From Octopus sinensis (taxonomy: Eukaryota): a DNA stretch of 64,000 nt. Position 1 is the first letter of the stretch, and every line of letters begins with the position of its first letter. Below, piece after piece: positions 28,101 to 37,225 of the stretch. The stretch lies in assembly GCF_006345805.1 (NCBI RefSeq), contig NC_043021.1, forward strand, positions 10,354,001 through 10,418,000, written 5' to 3'. Position numbers and translations under genes: made by a program. The notes beneath the pieces are model-generated. The model saw nothing but the letters and a program-made list of their open reading frames with translations, did not search any database and was not told where the DNA came from.

Positions 28101-29636
28101 CACACCAACATCAGTTGTCAGGTGACGGTGGACACACACACACACACACTTCTTTCAGTTTCCATCTACCAAATCCACTCGGAAGGCTTTGGTCGGCCCA
28201 ATGCTTGCCCAAGGTGCCAGGCATTGGAACTGGAACTGGATCCATCTGAAAGGATGAAAAGCAAAGTCGGGCTTGGTGGAATTTGAACTCAGAATGTAAA
28301 GATAAACAAAATACCACTAAGCATTTCACCTGGTGTGCTAACATTTCTGCCAGCTCACTGCCTTTGGGCCATGGCTTATATTCTTTTCTACTCTAGGCAC
28401 AAGGCCCACAACTTTCAGGGATGGTGGGGGCCAGTCAATTAGATCAAGCCCAGTATGAACCCGAAAGGATGAATGGCAAAGTTGAACTCAGAATGTAAAG
28501 ACAGACAAAATACCGCTAAGCATTTCGCCTTGTTAACGTTTCTGCTAGCTCGCTGCCTTAGAACGTACATATGTATATTGCAATAACTGCATTAAGGGTT
28601 TCTATCCAATGCAAACAATTCTGAATATTACGCTTCTGTGCTCAAGAACACAATGCAATGCCTAGTCTGCGAATCAAACCCATGATCTTGCAATTGTGAG
28701 TGCAACACCTTAACCACTATATATATATATATATATGAAAAAACAAGTCAAAAATAGAAAATGCTAAGATAATTTTATAGTGAATCTTTCAGTACCGGTT
28801 TCGGTCATTTTGAGACCTTTTCAACTGTAACAATTAAATAATTAAATTTAGAAAAATTAGAAGAAAAGTTTTTTTAAAGGAATATTTCTATAGTAGTGTT
28901 CAGATATAAGTGCAAACAAGGGAGTCAGAGAAAGGCAGAATGCCACTTATATCTGAACACTACTATAGAAATATTCCTTTAAAAAAACTTTTCTTCTAAT
29001 TTTTCTAAATTTAATTATTTAATCGTTACAGTTGAAAAGGTCTCAAAATGACCGAAACCGGTACTGAAAGATTCACTATAAAATTATCTTAGCATTTTCT
29101 ATTTTTGACTTGTTTTTTCATATATATCAACTCGTGTGTTCCTTTCCACCCTTATACATATATATATATATATCATTATCATCGTTTAACATCCATTTTC
29201 TATGCTAGCATGGGTTGGACGGTTTGACCGGGGTCTGGGAAACGAGGAGGCTGCGCCAGGCTCCAGTCTGATCTGGTAGTGTTTCTACAGCTGGATGCCC
29301 TTCCTAACGCCAACCACTCCTTGAGTGTAGTGGGTGCTTTTTACATGCCACCAGTTTAGGGGCCAGAGGAGGCTGGCAAACAGCCATGCCTGGATGGTGC
29401 TTTTCACGTGTCACCGGCATGGGTATCACAACTACAATTTCCATTTGACTTTTATTTTGATGTTGATGTTGACGTACTTGACTCAATAGGTCTCCTCAAG
29501 CACAGTGGGTCACTCTACGATCCAAGGTTAGCACAGTAGGCCGTCCTGCATGCCATGAACTCACTTCATTTGTCGGGTCTTTGTAGTCACAGCATATCTT
29601 AGAGGTCTTGGTCTTTCGTCATTTCCTCTGTGAGGC

Positions 29637-29690
<54 letters not shown>

Positions 29691-32600
29691 ATGTGTTACT
29701 GTCTTCTTGCCTTGATTTCATGTGCTAGTTGTAAATGAGTGTCACTGCCAATCAAGCGGTGTCCTTCATTTCCAATCTTCCATAAAAGACATGTTTGGCT
29801 ATGGAGAAATATTACCTCACTTGGCAACAGCTAAGGGTTGGCAACAGGAAGGGCATCTGACTATAGAAAAAAGAAAAATCTGCCTCAGCAAGTTCTATCC
29901 AACAGCATGGAAAAGTGGATGTTAAACAATGATGATGTCTGAAGCAGGGGTGGGGGACATGCTTAACACCAACAGTTGCAACCCTGATATCAAATCCCTT
30001 TAAAAAGTAATCGTATTCAGTAACCTCACATAGCTATTCCCTTTCCATAATTCCATGAGGATATGATGTCCATCTGAGCCTTCATTCCTAATCACAATAC
30101 AAAAAGTGAGCTTCTGCATGGTCACTTGACCTGCTAGAGATAGCAGCTGAATTTTTCTCAAATTATATATTTTATTTTTTATTTTTACTTGTTCCTGTCA
30201 TTTGATTGTGGCCATGCTGGGGCACCACTTTGAAAGGTTTTAGTGGAACAAATCGACCCCAGGGACTTTTTTTTAAAGCCTGGTACTTATTCTATCACAC
30301 TTCTTTTGCTGAACTGCTAAGTTATAGGGACATAAACACACCAACACAAGTTGTGAAGCTGTGGTGGGAGACAAACACATGTAAAGACATAGACACACGG
30401 ATATGTCCATATATGAGAGGCTTCTTTCAGTTTCCCTCTACTGAATCTATACACAAGGCTTTGATTGGCCTGAAGCTGTAATAGAAGACACTTGTCCAAG
30501 AGGGTAACTTTCTAGGTGCAGTCCCATAGTCATTTATGACTAAAGCGGGGTCTTGACCCTTTTTTAAGTATGTGAAGGGTGCATGGCTTAGTGATTGGAG
30601 TATTTGGTTCATGATCATATGGTTGGGAGTTTGATTGCTGGCCCTGTTGGTCCAGCCCACTCAGCTGGACAGAAACGAGTGGTACAGGAAATTTAAAGGG
30701 TCAACCATGTCACATTTTGTATCCTGGTAAATCTCCTTTTTTTTAATTCTTTTTTTTCTTTTTTTTAAAATTTTTTTTTTATTCTTTAAAAAAATTTTTT
30801 TTTATGTTATTCTTGTTATTTTCCTCCTGTATCTCTTTTGCCATTTTTTTTGTTTGAACTCCTTAACCACCGAATGTAGATATACACAGAATGGAATTCT
30901 CCATATGCTTGACCGCAACCGGAGAATAAAACAGCGACCTGAGCGGTTTCAAAATTGTCATGAACAGTTCGATGTGATAGTATCGTGTGAAGAGAGAGTA
31001 TACGACCAGATTCTAGAAGGTCAGTATGAAAAATATTCTCCTTTCTCTAAACCTTAGGCAAAAAATTGTCGAGAACCACTGCTTTAAGCAGCCCATTATT
31101 TCTTTGCTTTAAGCACGTTATTGTCTGTATATATGTATGAGTATATATATGTGTGGAAGTGCAATGGCCCAGTAGTTAGGGCAGCGGACTCGCAGTCGTA
31201 GGATCGCGGTTTCGATTCCCAGACCGGGCGTTGTGAGTGTTTATTGAGTGAAAACACCTAAAGCTCCACGAGGCTCCGGCAGGAGATGGTGGTGATCCCT
31301 GCTGTACTCTTTCACCACAACTTTCTCTCACTCTTACTTTCTGTTTCTGTTGTACCTGTATTTCAAAGGGCCGGCCTTGTCACTCTCTGTGTCACGCTGA
31401 ATATCCCCGAGAACTACGTTAAGGGTACACGTGTCTGTGGAGTGCTCAGCCACTTACACGTTAATTTCACGAGCAGGCTGTTCCGTTGATCGGATCAACC
31501 GGAACCCTCGTCGTCGTAACCAACGGAGTGCTTCCACATTTCTTTGCTTTAAGCACGTTATAGTCTGTATATATGTGTAGAGGTGCAATGACCCAGTGGT
31601 TAGGGCAGTGGACTCGTGGTCATAGGATTGCGGTTTCAATTCCCAGACCAGGCGTTGTGAGTGTTTATTGAGCGAAAACACCTAAAGCTTCACGAGGCTC
31701 CGGCAGGGGATGGTGGTGATCCCTGCTGTACTCTTTCGCCACAATTTTCTCTCACTCTTTCTTCTGTTGGCCTGCTCGCTTAGCCAGCGGAGTGGCGTCA
31801 TTTGAAGGCTAAAACAAAACGAAGCGCATTGTGACCAGCGATGTGTAGCTATATCTGATAGCCTGGTCGGTCACAGTGATCACGGTGATATATATGTATG
31901 TACCATGCCAGAAAACTGGACGTGAAATGATCAAGTGAACAGGTGTGTGTACATACCAACACACACACACATTCATTTGATTAGCTCACATGCAGTTTTC
32001 CATGCTTGCATGAGTTAGATCAGTGGTTCCCAAACTTTTTTGGCCTGCTTCCCCCTTGACACCTAGGCCACAATCCTACTGCCCCCACCCCAATTAACCA
32101 TCACAAACATAGACTTCTTTCTGAAGCAAATTCAAAGCAACTGTATTTCACAAATAAAACTTAACCTCATTAACCCATTATTTTGTTGTTTTTACATGAA
32201 TTGCCACCCCATTATCACCCCAATTTCTACACGAATCGCTACCACATCATTGCCCCACTTTTCTGCAATGCCCGTTTGGAACTTTCCACTGCCCCCAGGA
32301 GGCAATACTGCCCACTTTGAGACCCACTGGGTTAGATGAATAAATATCATTGTGGAATTATTTTATAGCCAGCAGTGCTTCCTTTCACTAATCTTTCCCT
32401 TTTTATGAAGTAAGAGATCTATTATCCCAGTTGAGGGTTCTGAAGTCTCTTGCTCAACAACCTGCACAGATGGTTTTGTTTGTAGTGATCCAACGTTTGT
32501 GCTGTACACGAGGTTGCTCCCTCCATCAAATCAACATCCCATACAGACACACTGTGTGTGCCATGTGTCGGATGTTGAAGTGGTGGCTGAGCAGCATGAA

Positions 32601-34765
32601 ATGAAGTGTCTTGCTCAAGAACACAATGCATTGCCCAGTCTAGGTATTGAAACCACAATCGCGAGTGCAACACCCCAACCACTAGGTCGCGAACCTACAC
32701 ACACACACACACACACGAACATGCACACATCTATATATTCAGTCATATGACTGGCTTTGTACACTTTAACATCTATCATATTGACTCACAGGGCATTGGT
32801 CATCCTGGGCCTAGAGAAGAAAACATTTTACTAAGGGTGCCATGCAGTGGTTTTGAACCCAAAACCACATGGTTAAGAAGTGAACTTTTAACCATGTGAC
32901 CATTTTTCCATGCTGGCATGGATTGGACAAGTTTTGTCACTGATTGCATTCTACAATATCTTTACATATAGTGACAGAAAAAAAAAGGAAAAAAAAACTT
33001 CCCTACTTTGTTAAATACATCTGACAGTGTGGGCTTGGTACACTTTCTCATGTCAACAGCATATGGAACACATCACACACACACAGCCATAAGCTGTAAT
33101 GCAGCACACCTAATTGTGTACAAAAGTGCTAAGCATGGCCCCTACATGAATGCAAGTTTATTCACATGTGCAAATGTATATGAATGTACTAAGCGACTCA
33201 GATATCCACAAATTACCCATGTGCTGTCTTGAGTTAAACAAAAGCATCACGCAGCTTAGTGACTGTCTTGAATTCTAAAATGTAAAATAATGATAATAAT
33301 GGTTTCAAGTTTTAGGACAAGGCCTGCAAGTCCAGAAGGGGACTAGTTCAACTGGTACTTATTTTATTGATCCTGAAAGGGTGAAAGGCAAGGTCGATCT
33401 CAGTGGCATTTGAACTCAGAACTTAAGGATGTGTATGTATATATATATATATATATATAAAAGCATTCAGATTATTTTGTCTAATGTTTATTTATTAATT
33501 GCTTTGATTCAATCACACATTATGGTATAGGATGGATGAAAAATCTTAAATATTTCCCAAAGAAAAACAGGCGTGGCTGTGTTATAAGAAGTTTGCTTCT
33601 CAACTACAGGGTTCAGTCCCAAACAGAAGGACTAAAATCCCTCCTTTATTTTTATCAGTTACTAGCAGTATCGCCCGGCGTTGCTCGGGTTTGTAAGGGA
33701 AATAACTATATAAGCATTTTTAGAGATGTAAAGTATAATAGCCATCTCAATATGGCTAACCACAAAGGGGGGGGTGTTACTGTAGCTTTTTACGTTCTGA
33801 GATTTAATAATAAATTTTTAGAGAGTTACTTCCCTTATATATGCCAAAAATGCATTAAAAATGGGAAAAATTGATGGTAAATTTTTTTTTGAATCGTAGA
33901 CTCATTGTAGACGTGCGCTAATACCCAGAAGGGCTCGATATGAATCACGACTATAAGATACCCGGTTTTGGTTAAACTGCACCGTAAAATGTGGGAGTAG
34001 TTAGGAATCTAAATTGTAGCACACAACCTCTCTTTTATATATAAAGATTAGCATCAGTTGTTTGTATCAGTTATTCAGTCAGTATTTTTAATTACTGACC
34101 AAAAATCTTCATAAGTCTTTCTTCCACTTGATCACAGCCTGTTGAAGAAGACTGCTTTGTTGATGAGGTCTAATGAGACTGAAACATGTATAACCTTTGC
34201 CTTGCTCGCTTACAAAAACCAGATTTTTTTTTTACCCACTCAACACGAATATTCAGTTTTATCCAAAAACTAATAGGTCTTGAAATTATCTCCCCTTGCC
34301 TTTACGAGCCACTAACAACTACTATTGGTACTTTGTTTATTTTCTGCAACTGAGGGACAAGTTTCAATTAATTTAGAATGTTTTTGCTTTTTATTTAGCA
34401 ATGCGTGCACACACACCAACACCCACGCTCACTGGAAGAGTTGAACAAAGCATTTTTAATTAAGAAAGCACCTGTCAAATTTAGAACGAAACCTCTGATG
34501 TTTAAAGCAGTGAGTTGTTTCTGCTTTCAGCTAGGTGGACTGAGCAAGTTTGAGAGTTAACCCTTTAATATTTGAACTGGTCATATTCAACTCAAATATT
34601 CTACTCGTCTTATGTTCAAACTGGCCAGATCCAGCCTTTCACACTTACCCTACAATGTCTTACTAAAAATAAACAATCGTATCAGCAAAATTTCAAAGCT
34701 ATACCATAATGTGTGATTGAATCAAAGCAATGAGTAAATAAACATTAAACAGAATAATCTGAATG

Positions 34766-34803
<38 letters not shown>

Positions 34804-37183
34804 CAACATGTGATCTCTTGAGCACCACCAGCAAAAATATTTTTTTCCTCTGTCTTCCCTTCTCTGGATCTTTCCTTCTCCTTTGTTTCCGATGAAGAGC
34901 TCCGCTCGAAACGTTAAACCCTCCTTCCCTTCTTTCCTGAGCGTCAAATAATACTTTATTTGTTCCACGTCCTCGCGTTGCTGTTTTTTTTTTTCTGTGT
35001 TTTCTTGTTTGGATTAACTATATATATACATGTATACATCCTTATGTTCTGAGTTCAAATGCCACTGAGATCGACTTTGCCTTTCACCCTTTCAGGATCA
35101 ATAAAATAAGTACCAGTTGAACTAGCCCCCTTCTAGACTTACAAACCTTGTGCTAAAATTTGAAATCAGTATTATCGTTATTTTACATTTTAGAATTCAA
35201 GACGGTCACTAACTGAGCATTCAGATTATTCTGGACACAGTGAAGGCATGTGGCTAAATGGTTAGGGTATTCCACTTACAATCATAAAGTCATGAGTTCA
35301 ATATCCAGTAGCATGTTGTGTTCTTGAGCAAGACACTTTATTTCACGTTGCTCCAGTCCATTCAGCTGGCAAAAGTGAGTAGCACCTGTGTTTCAAAGGG
35401 CCAGCCTTGTCACACTAATTTCATTCTGTGTCACACTAAACCTCTCTGAGAACTATGTTAAAGGTACATATTACTGTGGAGTGCTCAGCCACTTGCATGT
35501 TAATTACTTGAGTAGGCTCTTCCATTGAGCGGATCAATTAGAATACTTGTCTTCATAACTGGCAGTGCCATTATAATTATAGACATAAACCAATGCCATC
35601 AAGAGGATACAAACAGTTAACTTCTTGGTTATTTATCCCTTACCCTGTTCTCCTGGATATCCATGCACTCTATATCCTACCTTTTCTAATTGAATATATA
35701 CATTGGAATGCTAATATACTCTGAATGTTCTGAAGAATTGCTGTAGTTGGACAGGAAGGAGTTAGTTACAGTGGCTACACCACATGCCCCAACTGCTACA
35801 CAGCATACCACAGTGGCTACACAATGTACCCTGGTGGCCTTGCAGTATACCCCCGGTGGTCTCGCACCATAGCCCTGGTGGCCTCGCACCATACCCTGGT
35901 GGCCTCTCAGCATACCCCCAGTGGCCCCTCAGCATACCCCCGGTGGCCCCTCAGCATACCCCCGGTGGCCCCTCAGCATATCCTGGTGGCCTCGCAGCAT
36001 ACCCCCGGTGGCCTCGCAACATAACCCCGGTGGCCTCATGGCATACCCCCAGTGGCCTCGCGACATAACCCCGGTGGCCTCGCGGCATAACCCCGGTGGC
36101 CTCACGGCATACCCCAGTGGTCTCACAGCATACCACGGTGGCCTCGCAGCATACCCCCGGTGGCCCCTCAGCATATCCCGGTGGCCCCTCAGCATATCAC
36201 AGTGGCCCCTCAGCATATCCCGGTTGCCTGCAACATAACCCCGGTGGCCTCGCGGCATACGCCCAGTGGCCTCGCGGCATACCCCCGGTGGCCTCGCGGC
36301 ATACCCCCGGTGGCCTCGCGGCATACCCCCGGTGGCCTCGCGGCATACCCCCGGTGGCCTCGCGGCATACCCCCGGTGGCCTCGCGGCATACCCCCGGTG
36401 GCCTCGCGGCATACCCCCGGTGGCCTCGCGGCATACCCCCGGTGGCCTCGCGGCATAACCCCGGTGGCCTCACGGCATACCCCCGATAATCTTGCAACAA
36501 ACCCCTGGTGGCCTCGCAGCACATTCCGATGGACTTGCAGCATGTTCTATTGGCTTCACAGCATACCCTGGTGTAGCCCCAACAACCTATATCCTGGTGC
36601 ACAACATACCCCTGCAACAAATATAATTTGAGTTCTGTTGTTATTTCCAGAGCTGGAAAGTCGAGAGAAAGAGGACAGTTATCCAACTCACATCATTAAT
36701 ATTGACATTCAAGACAACCATGAAGAGGCCACAATTGGCGCTTTTATGATCTGTGATTTAATTTCAAAGGTAAGGTAACTTTGTAGTCTCTCCTCATATC
36801 ACTGTCTCGTCTGCACTTTCACTACGAAGGGTTGCTGCAAAGTTCCTGGTAACTTTTCTGTTTGTTTGTGTTTACGTTGATTATTGTTACTGTTCAGTAG
36901 CATTTTTTTTGTTTGGACCATATAGAGACTCACTGATTAGCTTGTGTGTTTGCCAGCTTGAATATTCTACATTTCAAGTTCAAACCAACCAGATTTGGCC
37001 TCTCATACTTACTCTACAATTTCATTCTAAAAATAAACAATCGTATCATCGAAATCTTGAAGCTAAGATACTGTGTAATTAATTCAAAACATTGTGAATA
37101 AATAAGCATTGTAGTTGACAGAGTAACCTGAAAGCTACAGAGTTAACCCTTTCGTTACTGTATTTATTTTGAGATGCTCTAAG

Positions 37184-37225
<42 letters not shown>

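Larger units (their letters stand above)
6638..30879 (+). other. U12-type (minor spliceosome) GT-AG intron, 24,242 bp
   Basis: 5' site GTATCC(CAG). TCCTTAAC branch site at 30860-30867 with the branch A 13 nt before the terminal TAG, and no polypyrimidine tract between branch site and AG. Confidence 0.88.

Noticed and set aside
35784-36686. Cluster of long ORFs (up to 204 aa) on both strands
   Set aside because: Translations of the GC-rich 22-bp minisatellite; no protein-like features
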